64,000 bases of DNA, taken from Candidatus Bathyarchaeota archaeon. Lineage in GTDB: Archaea > Thermoproteota > Bathyarchaeia > Bathyarchaeales > Bathycorpusculaceae. How positions within the stretch are numbered: the stretch's first letter is position 1; every line of letters starts with the position of its first letter. Made by a program: the position numbers and the translations under genes. Shown in pieces: positions 9,314-19,117 of this stretch. The notes beneath the pieces are model-generated. The model searched no databases, was not told the DNA's origin, and was given only the letters and a program-made list of their open reading frames with translations. The stretch lies in the NCBI GenBank assembly GCA_963782525.1, contig CAWAKC010000010.1:64001-128000 (forward strand), written 5' to 3'.

Positions 9314-10195
9314 GTGATGCAGATCCAGCACAGAATTATACTTGGCAACAGCCAGCAAATGCCTGAACTTGCGAACGCGAGCGTGCAGTTGATGGTGACT
9401 TCGCCACCTTATCCCATGATACAGATGTGGGATGAGGTCTTCGGGAAGGCTGACCCTGAAATTGCAGAATTATTCCAGAAATTAGCTGCAGACGGCAGTG
9501 ATGAAACTGTGCGGCAAATCTACGCTGTAATGCACAACTATTTAGCCAAGGTTTGGGCTGAAACCTACCGGGTCCTCGTTGACGGTGGAATTGCATGCAT
9601 AAACATTGGTGACGCAACCCGAAGCATCAACAGTAAATTCCAGCTTTTTCCAAACCATTCCCGCATAACCGAGATCTGCGAAAAAATCGGCTTCACAACT
9701 CTACCGTATATTCTATGGAAAAAACCCACAAACAAACCAGCATATAAGGGCAAAGGCGCTTTTTTGGGCTCAGGTTTCCTTCCTCCAAACGCCTACGTTA
9801 CGCTGGATTGCGAGTTCATTTTGCTTTTCAGAAAGGGGAAACTTCGAAAGTTCGAGCCAAAAGATGTCCTGCGTTATGAGAGTGCTTTCACTAAAACGCA
9901 ACGGAATGAATGGTTTAGCCAAATCTGGAACTTGAAGGGCACAAGGCAAACTGCAAACGAGCTGGAACGAAGAACCGCAGCTTACCCGGAAGAAATTGCA
10001 GAGCGGTTGATTCGGATGTTTAGTGTTAAAGGCGAAACTATACTTGACCCGTTCTTGGGTTCAGGAACCACAGTTAAAGTTGCTATTGAAAATGGTCGCA
10101 ACAGTGTTGGATACGAAGCTGACAAAAACCTCTTGCCTGTAATAACCAATAAAATAGGTCACCATGACGCAGATGTAGCAATAATCAAACGATAA
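9314..10195 (+). CDS. Site-specific DNA methyltransferase (N4-C/N6-A, beta class)
   Basis: Catalytic TSPPY near the N-terminus and SAM-binding DPFLGSGTT near the C-terminus. Confidence 0.92.
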   Translation: MMQIQHRIILGNSQQMPELANASVQLMVTSPPYPMIQMWDEVFGKADPEIAELFQKLAADGSDETVRQIYAVMHNYLAKVWAETYRVLVDGGIACINIGDATRSINSKFQLFPNHSRITEICEKIGFTTLPYILWKKPTNKPAYKGKGAFLGSGFLPPNAYVTLDCEFILLFRKGKLRKFEPKDVLRYESAFTKTQRNEWFSQIWNLKGTRQTANELERRTAAYPEEIAERLIRMFSVKGETILDPFLGSGTTVKVAIENGRNSVGYEADKNLLPVITNKIGHHDADVAIIKR

Positions 10196-10242
10196 TGATT
10201 AATACCGTCCTTTCAATAAATTCGGACAATAGGTCCTACTAA

Positions 10243-10560
10243 TTGAGCAAAAAAACCTCAACCAGCAAGAAACCCATGGGTTTTGGTAACACTTCTCGAA
10301 GGTTCACCCAAACAGAAAGACGCGTAAAGGGCAGTATTGCTAAGGACCGTTTTGCTCTTGACCAAGCCATGCAGGGGAATGATTGCCAAAAGATTCGGAA
10401 GGACGGCGATTTTGTGGTTCAAAAAAGGGATTTCTTTGGAAATAAAGTTGGCGAGCCTACAACTTATGAGATTAAAAATGGGAATTCCAAGTTGACTGAA
10501 GCTCAAGAGAAAAGGCGGCGGCAACTGGGTAGAAATCGCTATAAAATTGCTAGGTATTAA
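10243..10560 (+). CDS. Small basic protein with a PD-(D/E)XK-like nuclease motif (VRR-NUC/Hjc-like)
   Basis: GDFVV...YEIKNGNSKLTEAQ resembles the D...ExK-x-G-x-S-x-L-T-xx-Q pattern. Confidence 0.55.
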   Translation: MSKKTSTSKKPMGFGNTSRRFTQTERRVKGSIAKDRFALDQAMQGNDCQKIRKDGDFVVQKRDFFGNKVGEPTTYEIKNGNSKLTEAQEKRRRQLGRNRYKIARY

Positions 10561-10843
10561 TGGGTTGGAATGCATTTGTTTTAGTGTAATTAGTTTTGCG
10601 CCAAGCAATGGTTCACTATCCTCTTCATAAAAGAAACATTAAAAAAAAGCCTTGGTTTATTAAACGAGAGTTTTCCCAAGCATTTTACCTTCGACTAAAC
10701 TGAAACGTTCAATGTTTGCTCTTTAGGAGTAAATTTTTCCTTCTTTTTCTATTTTCCTTCATGCAAAGATAAGGCAAAAAGTTTTTTCAACTAGATGCAA
10801 TATGAATGTTTATTAGAGATTCAGTTTAGACTCATTATGCATA

Positions 10844-10856
10844 AAAAAGTTTATAT
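10844..10856 (+). promoter_or_regulatory. Putative BRE-TATA promoter of the rpo operon
   Basis: AAAAAG followed by TTTATAT, about 160 nt upstream of rpo2. Confidence 0.45.
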
Positions 10857-11013
10857 GCAGCGTAGGCGGCTTGTGTTTGTGCTCTTAGAAAAGTTAGTTG
10901 ACCCTTTTTCGAGTTGGAACTATCCAGCATCGGAGGAAATGAAAAAGTGAAAACACAATTAACCAAAACTCACAGGCATCATTATATGTTAAATTTATGG
11001 GAGAACTGAAAAC

Positions 11014-14000
11014 TTGACTAATGTACAAAAAGAAGATATCCATTATCTTTTGAAAACTTTCTTCAACGAGAAAGGCTTAGTTCGTCAGCATCTTGACAGT
11101 TACAACGAATTCATCGACCATGGACTCCAAGAAGTCGTGGATGAAGTCGCAGAAATCCCTATCGAAGTTCCCGAAAGCCCCTACAAAGTGAAGCTCGGAC
11201 AAATCTGGGTAATAGACCCACAGTCACGCATTACTGGTCCATACGCCACCGAAGTAGATGGAACAAAACATGAAATTTACCCAATGGAAGCCAGACTACG
11301 CAACTTAGCGTATTCTGCACCCATCGCATTGGAAATGACTCCTGTTGTGGACGGAAGAGAACAGGACACTGAACTTGTTTACATCGGCAACATCCCTGTT
11401 ATGCTCAAGAGCAAACTTTGCTTCCTCAGCCAACTCAGCAAAGAAGAGCTCATCGCTGCAGGAGAAGACCCAGATGATCCAGGCGGATACTTTGTCGTTA
11501 ACGGCAGCGAACGCGTTATCGTCGCGATGGAAGACTTGGCACCTAACCGTGTTATCGTTGACATTGACGAGAAAGGCACTTCACCGGTTTATCAAGCAAA
11601 AATTTTCTCAACAACCGTTGGTTTCCGAGCAAGAATAGAACTTAAACTCAAGTCAGACGACGCAATCTACGTTACCATGCCGGGAGTCCCAACAGAAATC
11701 CCATTCGTCGTCATCATGCGCGCATTAACCATGGAAAAAGACAAGGACATTGCGGAAGCAGTTTCCCTCGACAGCGACACCCAAAGCCACCTATCCGCTT
11801 CATTCGAGAAAGCCATCGGCGTAGACACACCTTCAGACGCCATACTGTTCATAGGCAACCGCGTTGCCCACGGTCAAGTCGAAGAATACAGACTTCAAAA
11901 GGCAGAAACTGCACTCGACAAAAACTTCCTTCCACACTTGGGAAGAAGCGACAAAAACCGCCGCGAAAAAGCCATATTCCTAGGCGAAATGGCATACCGC
12001 GTTATCCAACTAAAAACAGGCAGACGTCAACCAGACGACAAAGACCACTTCAAGAACAAACGTCTACGACTTGGTGGTCCATTGCTCGCAGACCTTTTCC
12101 GCGTCTCCTTCCGCAATTTAACACGCGACATAAAATATCAGCTTGAACGCATAGGCGTTAAAGGCCCAATCATCACCGTTTCCGCAGCTGTGCGCCCAGG
12201 AATCATTACAGAACGTTTCCAACATGCATTAGCAACGGGCAACTGGGGCAGAGGCAGAGTCGGAATCACACAGCTCCTCGACAGAACAAACTACATCTCA
12301 ACCCTCAGTCACCTTCGCAGACTCCAATCACCCTTAAGCAGAAGCCAACCTAACTTCGAAGCCCGAGACTTACACCCAACTCACTGGGGACGCTTATGCC
12401 CTAACGAAACCCCTGAAGGCTCAAACTGCGGGCTCGTAAAAAACCTCGCATTATCAGCCTCCATCGCAGTCGGCGTAAACCCAGACAAAATCAGGCAGTT
12501 ACTCTTTGAAATGGGCACCGTACCAGCATACGAAGCAAGCATTGAACTGCGTATCTCAGGCGCTAAAGTTTTCGTCGACGGCAACATTATCGGTTACTGC
12601 AATAACCCACAAGAAATGGTGCAATCCTTCCGTCAGAAACGCAGAGTAGGCGAAATATCAACAGAAGTAAACGTAACTTACTTCTCAAAAGCTCAAACAG
12701 AAACCGAAGAAGTCCACGCAAACTGCGACGAAGGCAGAGTCAGACGCCCACTCATTATCGTTGAAAACGGCGTTGCAAAACTTGGATCAAAACACTTTGA
12801 GAAAATCGGCTTAGGCGAATGGACATGGGAAGACGTTGTCAAGAATGGATTAGTTGAGTATTTGGATGCTGAAGAAGAAGAAAACGCCTTCATTGCATTA
12901 TCCTACGATGCAATAACTCCTCAAAATACACACGTAGAAATTGCAACATTCACAATCCTTGGAATTTGCGCATCAACTATTCCCTATCCAGAACACAACC
13001 AATCACCACGAAACTCATACCAAGCTGCAATGGCTAAACAGGCCCTCGGCGTCTACGGAACGAACTTCCACCACCGCGTCGACTCACGCTCACACATTCT
13101 ACATTACCCACAAGTTCCCATGGTGCAAACAGAAAACATGGATGTCATGGGCTACAAACAGCGCCCAACTGGACAAAACTGCGTCGTCGCCGTGCTTAGC
13201 TTCGAAGGATACAACATGGAAGACGCCATCATATTCAACAAGGCATCTATCGAACGCGGCTTAGCACGCTCAACCTTCTACCGCATCTACGAAGCAGAAT
13301 GCCGCCAATATCTCGGTGGCTTAAAAGACAAATTCACTGTTCCAGAACCAGGCACCCGCGGCTACAGAGGCGAACAATATTACAGGCTCCTGGAACCCGA
13401 CGGAATAATTGGTTTAGAATCCCAAGTGGTCGGCGGAGATGTCTTAATAGGCAGAATCAGTCCTCCTAGGTTCCTTGAAGAATACAAAGAATTTGAAGTT
13501 AAAGGACCCTCAATGCGTGATACATCCGTGGACATGCGTCCCTCCGAAACAGGCATCGTGGACGGCATATTCGTTACGATGTCAGGGGAAGGAAGTCAAC
13601 TCGTTAAAGTCCGCGTAAGAGACCAACGCATCCCAGAACTAGGCGACAAATTTGCATCAAGACACGGACAGAAAGGAGTTATTGGTTTAATCGTTCCCCA
13701 AGAAGACCTGCCATTCACAGATGAAGGTATCGTTCCAGACCTAATAATCAACCCCCATGCAATCCCCTCAAGAATGACCATCGGTCAATTCATCGAATCG
13801 CTCTCAGGCAAAGCCGCATGCGCAAGAGGCAAACCAGGCGACGGTACGCCCTTCTCAAACGAAGGACCTGATGAAGTACGCAAAAACCTAGTAAAACTCG
13901 GCTTCAGCCAAACCGGAAGCGAAGTCTTCTATAGTGGCGCCACAGGCGAAAAATTCGTTGCTGACGTTTTCGTGGGAATTGTTTACTACCAAAAACTACA

Positions 14001-14379
14001 CCACATGGTTGCAGACAAAATCCATGCCAGAGCCCGCGGTCAAGTACAGATGCTCACACGTCAGCCAACTGAAGGACGTGCAAGAGGCGGAGGTCTCAGA
14101 TTCGGAGAAATGGAGCGAGACTGCCTCATTGGACACGGCGCTGCCATGCTACTAAGAGATAGATTGTTGGAAGAATCTGACAAGTACACGCTCTACATCT
14201 GCGAGAATTGCGGACAAATCGCTTACTTCGACATGAAGCAAAGGCGCTATGTCTGCAAGATCTGCGACGAGAAAGCAAAGATTTCGCCAGTCATCGTGTC
14301 TTACGCTTTCAAGCTTCTGCTGCAAGAACTGCAGAGCTTATGCATTACACCAAAATTAAGACTAAAGGAGAAGGCTTAA
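11014..14379 (+). CDS. rpoB: DNA-directed RNA polymerase subunit B (Rpo2, unsplit)
   Basis: GGYFVVNGSERV, ETPEGSNCGL, GDKFASRHGQKG, RFGEMERD, C-terminal Zn ribbon. Confidence 0.99.
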   Translation: MTNVQKEDIHYLLKTFFNEKGLVRQHLDSYNEFIDHGLQEVVDEVAEIPIEVPESPYKVKLGQIWVIDPQSRITGPYATEVDGTKHEIYPMEARLRNLAYSAPIALEMTPVVDGREQDTELVYIGNIPVMLKSKLCFLSQLSKEELIAAGEDPDDPGGYFVVNGSERVIVAMEDLAPNRVIVDIDEKGTSPVYQAKIFSTTVGFRARIELKLKSDDAIYVTMPGVPTEIPFVVIMRALTMEKDKDIAEAVSLDSDTQSHLSASFEKAIGVDTPSDAILFIGNRVAHGQVEEYRLQKAETALDKNFLPHLGRSDKNRREKAIFLGEMAYRVIQLKTGRRQPDDKDHFKNKRLRLGGPLLADLFRVSFRNLTRDIKYQLERIGVKGPIITVSAAVRPGIITERFQHALATGNWGRGRVGITQLLDRTNYISTLSHLRRLQSPLSRSQPNFEARDLHPTHWGRLCPNETPEGSNCGLVKNLALSASIAVGVNPDKIRQLLFEMGTVPAYEASIELRISGAKVFVDGNIIGYCNNPQEMVQSFRQKRRVGEISTEVNVTYFSKAQTETEEVHANCDEGRVRRPLIIVENGVAKLGSKHFEKIGLGEWTWEDVVKNGLVEYLDAEEEENAFIALSYDAITPQNTHVEIATFTILGICASTIPYPEHNQSPRNSYQAAMAKQALGVYGTNFHHRVDSRSHILHYPQVPMVQTENMDVMGYKQRPTGQNCVVAVLSFEGYNMEDAIIFNKASIERGLARSTFYRIYEAECRQYLGGLKDKFTVPEPGTRGYRGEQYYRLLEPDGIIGLESQVVGGDVLIGRISPPRFLEEYKEFEVKGPSMRDTSVDMRPSETGIVDGIFVTMSGEGSQLVKVRVRDQRIPELGDKFASRHGQKGVIGLIVPQEDLPFTDEGIVPDLIINPHAIPSRMTIGQFIESLSGKAACARGKPGDGTPFSNEGPDEVRKNLVKLGFSQTGSEVFYSGATGEKFVADVFVGIVYYQKLHHMVADKIHARARGQVQMLTRQPTEGRARGGGLRFGEMERDCLIGHGAAMLLRDRLLEESDKYTLYICENCGQIAYFDMKQRRYVCKICDEKAKISPVIVSYAFKLLLQELQSLCITPKLRLKEKA

Positions 14380-14380
14380 C

Positions 14381-17300
14381 ATGTCACAGGAAGAATTGAT
14401 TCATAAAATAGTAGATGAAATCTCATTCGGTTTAATCTCACCTAAAGACCTCCGTAAACAATCAGTCGTAGAAATCCAAACACCTGACACTTACGACGAA
14501 GACGGTGCACCAATCACAGCAGGCTTAATGGACGGCAGACTCGGGACCCTTGAACCGAGACAAAGATGCAAAACTTGCGGCAACACAGCCATCCGTTGTC
14601 CGGGGCACTTCGGCCACATCGAACTTGCTGTACCAATAGTCCACATCGAATTTACCAAAATCATCTTTGACCTCCTAAAAGCAACCTGCCGCACATGCGG
14701 GCGAATTCTCCTCTCAGAAGACGCATCCAAAAAAGCACGCCAAAGACTAGAACGCTTTAACGAGCTCTTAGGAACGATTCCAGATGAAATTTACAAGGAA
14801 ATCTTAACCGACATCAAAGCCAAACAATGCCCCTACTGCGCAGCAGCACAATTCAAAATCACCTTCGAGAAACCAACCAAATTCATAGAGCAAACTGAAG
14901 CAGGATCCGAACCCCTAACACCAAGCATGATACGCGAAAGACTCGAACGTATTTCCGATGAGGACCTGGAAATTTTGGGGTTCAACCCAAAAGTTGCCCG
15001 TCCAGAATGGATGGTTCTCCAAGTACTCCCAGTCCCACCAGTTTATGTGCGTCCCTCAATCACTCTGGAATCTGGTATTCGCTCAGAAGATGATTTAACT
15101 CACAAGCTCGTAGACATCATCCGCATCAACCAGCGTCTAAAGGAAAACATGGAAGCAGGTGCACCAACACTCATCATCCAAGACCTCTCTGAACTTTTAC
15201 AGTACCACGTTACAACTTACTTCAACAACGAAGCATCCGGTATTCCGCCTGCACGTCACCGCAGTGGCAGAGCGCTAAAAACTCTCAGCCAACGTCTCAA
15301 AGGTAAAGAAGGACGCTTCAGAAGCAACCTCTCAGGCAAACGTGTCGACTTCTCAGCCCGCACAGTCATCTCACCCGACCCTAACCTTGACATAAACGAA
15401 GTAGGTGTTCCACAAGACGTCGCCATGAGACTATCCGTCCCAGAAAAAGTCACAGCTTGGAACATCGAAGAAATGAAGAAATTCGTGATTAACGGTCCAG
15501 AAAACTATCCAGGCGCACTCTATATCATCCGCCCAGACGGAAAACGTATCCGCCTCGAATTCGTCGTTGACCGCACAAAAATCGCGGAAGCAGTCGAATT
15601 AGGCTTCATAGTTGAACGCCACCTCAAAAACGGCGACATAGCCATCTTCAACCGACAGCCCTCACTTCACCGCATGTCCATCATGGCACACTTTGTACGT
15701 GTTTTGCCCTACAAGACCTTTAGACTGCACCTTTGCGTTTGTCCACCATACAACGCAGACTTTGACGGCGACGAAATGAACCTACACGTTCCACAGAGCG
15801 AAGAAGCCCGGACCGAATCACTCTTGCTTATGCAGGTGCAAGACCAAATACTCTCGCCCAGATTCGGCGGACCAATCATCGGCGCCATCAGAGACTTCAT
15901 CACAAGCGCATACTACTTCACAAGAAGAAGCAACTTCCTAACCAGAAGCCAAGTTAACCGGCTCCTTACTGCTACAAACTATACCGGGCCAGTACCAGAA
16001 CCAGAAATTACGACGCCCGAACCCATGTGGTCAGGCAAACAAATCTTCAGCTTATACCTGCCAAAAACACTCAATTACTCACTAAAAGCTAACATCTGCC
16101 AAGGTTGCACAAAATGCGAAGAAGAAGACTGCAAACACGACGCTTACGTAGTTGTCAAGAACGGTCAACTCGTCTCAGGCATCATCGACAGACGGTCGAT
16201 CGGCTCTGAACAATCCGAAAGCTTACTTCACAGAATCATCAAAGACTACGGTACACAAGCGGGCAGAGAATTCCTAAACAAAGTCACACATTTACTCAAA
16301 CAATTCATCTCGATGCGAGGCTTCAGTTACACCTACGACCAACTGGTCCTATCGCCACGAGCACGCAGCCGCATGGCAAAAACCATGGACCGCATCCAAA
16401 AGAAAATCGACGAACACATCGAAAACTTCCGCAACGGAACTTTACCACGCTTGCCAGGACAAACACTCGAGGAATCATTCGAAATCTACGTTATGCATGA
16501 ACTCGCCGTAGCCAGAGACGAATCAGGCAAAATAGCAGACGAAGACTTCACATTGGAAAATGCAGGCATTGTCATGACCCGTGCTGGTGCAAGAGGCTCA
16601 AGCTTAAACATCGGTCAAATGGCCGCTTGTGTCGGTCAACAGTCAGTCCGAGGCAAACGTATCCTAAGAGGCTACGCTGGAAGAGCACTGCCACACTTCG
16701 TTGATGGCGACCCAAGCCCAAGAGCAAGAGGCTTCGTCTACAACTCTTACCAAACAGGCTTAGACGCGATTGAATTCTTCTTCCACGCTATGGGTGGCAG
16801 AGAAGGTCTAGTCGACACAGCCGTCCGCACACAACAAAGCGGTTACATGCAAAGACGATTAATCAACGCCTTAGAACACATTCGATTAGAGTACGACAGC
16901 ACTGTCCGTGACTCTGCTGGCGACATCATCCAATTCCGCTATGGCGAAGACGGTGTGGACCCTGCAAAAAGTGATCACGGCAAAGCAGTCAACGTTAGCC
17001 GATTAATCGACCAGATTAAAATCGGCGAAGAAAAAGGCGAAATCGCATCTGCAGAACACATTAAGAAGCAGCTCAAGAATGTTGAAGACCAAATAACACC
17101 TATCCTGCTAAACCAGCTTAAAACAAACTTTGCAAAGAACAAACTCACAGCAAAAAGCGTAACAAAAGCAGCAACCCAAACAGCTGAACAATACAAACGT
17201 GCCCTTATGGAGCCCGGAGAAGCAGTCGGAATCGTTGCAGCCCAATCAATCGGTGAACCAGGCACACAGATGACTCTCAGAACTTTCCACTATGCAGGTG

Positions 17301-18211
17301 TCAAAGAACAAAACGTCACATTAGGTTTACCCCGACTCATCGAAATCGTGGACGCACGCAGAATTCCCTCAACCCCAATCATGACCATCTACCTACAAGG
17401 AGACCACGCAAAGAGCAAAGAAGGCGCAGTTGAAGTTGCACGCAACATCATCTACACTTCAGTTGAAAACTTGGCCTCAGCAATCTACGAAGACCCAGTT
17501 CGCGAAGCAATAATCATCGAATTGAACAAGCAGATGATGGATGACAGAGCTATCACAATGGATGAGCTGAAAGAGCGGATGGAACTGCAGAATGCAACTG
17601 TAACCGTTACAGACACAACTGTCGAGATTAAACCCAAGAAAGCAGAACAACTCAAACGCATGCTTGCCAAGGTCCCAGGTTACCAAGTAAAAGGTGTCCC
17701 AGACATTAAACGTGTCCTAGTTACCGAAGAGAGCGGTGAATGGGTAATACGCACTGATGGCTCAAACCTCTCCAAAGTTCTCGAAGTAATAGGTGTTGAT
17801 ACTTCACGAACAACCACCAACAACATTCACGAAATCGCTAAAACCCTGGGGGTCGAAGCATCCAGAAACGCACTCGTCCACGAAGCCAAAGGAGTCCTCG
17901 AAGACCAAGGCTTAGACGTTGACGTGAGACACGTAATGCTCGTAGCAGACATGATGACCACTACAGGCGACGTACAGCAAATCGGCAGACACGGAATCAG
18001 CGGCAAAAAAGCCAGCGTCCTCGCCCGCGCCGCATTCGAAATTACAGTTCCAAACATAGTTGAAGCCGCCGTCAAAGGTGAAAGTGATCCTTTGGCTGGT
18101 GTAACAGAAAACGTTATAGTTGGGCAATCAATACCAATCGGCACTGGCCTAGTTGAACTGTACATGTCAACATTTGAAACGCAAGAAAAAGAAGGAGGAA
18201 AAACAGAATGA
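14381..18211 (+). CDS. rpoA: DNA-directed RNA polymerase largest subunit, A' and A'' fused (Rpo1)
   Basis: NADFDGDEMN catalytic motif plus A''-type AAQSIGEPGTQMTLRTFH and GVTENVIVGQ in one 1276-aa ORF. Confidence 0.98.
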   Translation: MSQEELIHKIVDEISFGLISPKDLRKQSVVEIQTPDTYDEDGAPITAGLMDGRLGTLEPRQRCKTCGNTAIRCPGHFGHIELAVPIVHIEFTKIIFDLLKATCRTCGRILLSEDASKKARQRLERFNELLGTIPDEIYKEILTDIKAKQCPYCAAAQFKITFEKPTKFIEQTEAGSEPLTPSMIRERLERISDEDLEILGFNPKVARPEWMVLQVLPVPPVYVRPSITLESGIRSEDDLTHKLVDIIRINQRLKENMEAGAPTLIIQDLSELLQYHVTTYFNNEASGIPPARHRSGRALKTLSQRLKGKEGRFRSNLSGKRVDFSARTVISPDPNLDINEVGVPQDVAMRLSVPEKVTAWNIEEMKKFVINGPENYPGALYIIRPDGKRIRLEFVVDRTKIAEAVELGFIVERHLKNGDIAIFNRQPSLHRMSIMAHFVRVLPYKTFRLHLCVCPPYNADFDGDEMNLHVPQSEEARTESLLLMQVQDQILSPRFGGPIIGAIRDFITSAYYFTRRSNFLTRSQVNRLLTATNYTGPVPEPEITTPEPMWSGKQIFSLYLPKTLNYSLKANICQGCTKCEEEDCKHDAYVVVKNGQLVSGIIDRRSIGSEQSESLLHRIIKDYGTQAGREFLNKVTHLLKQFISMRGFSYTYDQLVLSPRARSRMAKTMDRIQKKIDEHIENFRNGTLPRLPGQTLEESFEIYVMHELAVARDESGKIADEDFTLENAGIVMTRAGARGSSLNIGQMAACVGQQSVRGKRILRGYAGRALPHFVDGDPSPRARGFVYNSYQTGLDAIEFFFHAMGGREGLVDTAVRTQQSGYMQRRLINALEHIRLEYDSTVRDSAGDIIQFRYGEDGVDPAKSDHGKAVNVSRLIDQIKIGEEKGEIASAEHIKKQLKNVEDQITPILLNQLKTNFAKNKLTAKSVTKAATQTAEQYKRALMEPGEAVGIVAAQSIGEPGTQMTLRTFHYAGVKEQNVTLGLPRLIEIVDARRIPSTPIMTIYLQGDHAKSKEGAVEVARNIIYTSVENLASAIYEDPVREAIIIELNKQMMDDRAITMDELKERMELQNATVTVTDTTVEIKPKKAEQLKRMLAKVPGYQVKGVPDIKRVLVTEESGEWVIRTDGSNLSKVLEVIGVDTSRTTTNNIHEIAKTLGVEASRNALVHEAKGVLEDQGLDVDVRHVMLVADMMTTTGDVQQIGRHGISGKKASVLARAAFEITVPNIVEAAVKGESDPLAGVTENVIVGQSIPIGTGLVELYMSTFETQEKEGGKTE

Positions 18212-18522
18212 TAGACATAGATAAAGCATTAGCGTCTGCAGTGAAAACAGGAAAGGTATCCTTTGGAACCAACGTTGCATTGCAAAACGCCAAAACCGGC
18301 AAAGCTAAGATGATTGTTTTAGCTTCAAACTGTCCAAAAGACATAAAAGAACAAATAGAATACTATGGAGAAATCTCTAAAGTCCCCGTCATAACCTACA
18401 AAGGTGGATCAATGGATCTAGCTGAAGTCTGCAAAAAACTCTTTATTATTTCTGCCCTTAGCATTCGCGAAACCGGGGATTCAGATATTCTCAAAGTAAC
18501 CGAGGAAACTCAGATACAATAA
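18208..18522 (+). CDS. rpl30e: 50S ribosomal protein L30e
   Basis: AVKTGKV.FG, KAKMIVLASNCP, GDSDIL; canonical position after rpo1. Confidence 0.96.
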   Translation: MIDIDKALASAVKTGKVSFGTNVALQNAKTGKAKMIVLASNCPKDIKEQIEYYGEISKVPVITYKGGSMDLAEVCKKLFIISALSIRETGDSDILKVTEETQIQ

Positions 18523-18545
18523 TAAAAAATGGAGGAAAAAAAAGA

Positions 18546-18980
18546 ACGAGTGGCATAAAAATTACCTGCGACGAAATGCGATACATTGCCCTATTTGAAA
18601 GCATCAGCGGTGCAAGCGTAAAAGACTGCATAGTCGACGAAGTTGAGCAACGAGCGATATTTGTCGTCAACCAAGGACAAGTGGGCGTTGCCATCGGCAA
18701 GGGCGGAAGAAACATCCATACCTTGGAACGAATGACAGGCAAAAAACACGAAATCATTGAGTACAGCGAAGACCCAGCAACATTCATGAAAAATGCTCTA
18801 AAACCTGCAGCTGTTCGTGAAATCCGCGTCACCGAACGCACTGATGGCAAAAAAATGGCAGTCATAACCGTCAACCCCAAGGATAAGGGCGTCGCGATAG
18901 GTAAGAACGGCAAGAACGCCGAACGTTTGCGCTTTTTGGCAAAACGGTACTTTGATATTCAGAACGTTAGCATCTCCTAA
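18546..18980 (+). CDS. nusA: Archaeal NusA (two KH domains); start probably upstream of ATG18576
   Basis: IKITCDEMRYIALFESI N-terminus; AIGKGG and AIGKNG KH motifs. Confidence 0.95.
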   Translation, partial: TSGIKITCDEMRYIALFESISGASVKDCIVDEVEQRAIFVVNQGQVGVAIGKGGRNIHTLERMTGKKHEIIEYSEDPATFMKNALKPAAVREIRVTERTDGKKMAVITVNPKDKGVAIGKNGKNAERLRFLAKRYFDIQNVSIS

Positions 18981-19117
18981 GTAGTCCGCTTAAACGGCTA
19001 TTAGGCGATGAAATCGTCGCTGATTCAGTCTGTATTGTTAAACCTAAATGGCATGTAAACTTCATACTGCGGAATCTTATTTTCCTTTAACAATTTATTT
19101 GTTTTTAGTCAAGAAAC

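Noticed and set aside
484-10234. Shared 11-mer GGACAATAGGT upstream of two small ORFs
   Set aside because: A single 11-bp match within 64 kb is expected by chance.
16090-16140. Cys cluster CQGCTKC..C in Rpo1 as a novel insertion
   Set aside because: It corresponds to a known zinc-binding segment of archaeal Rpo1.
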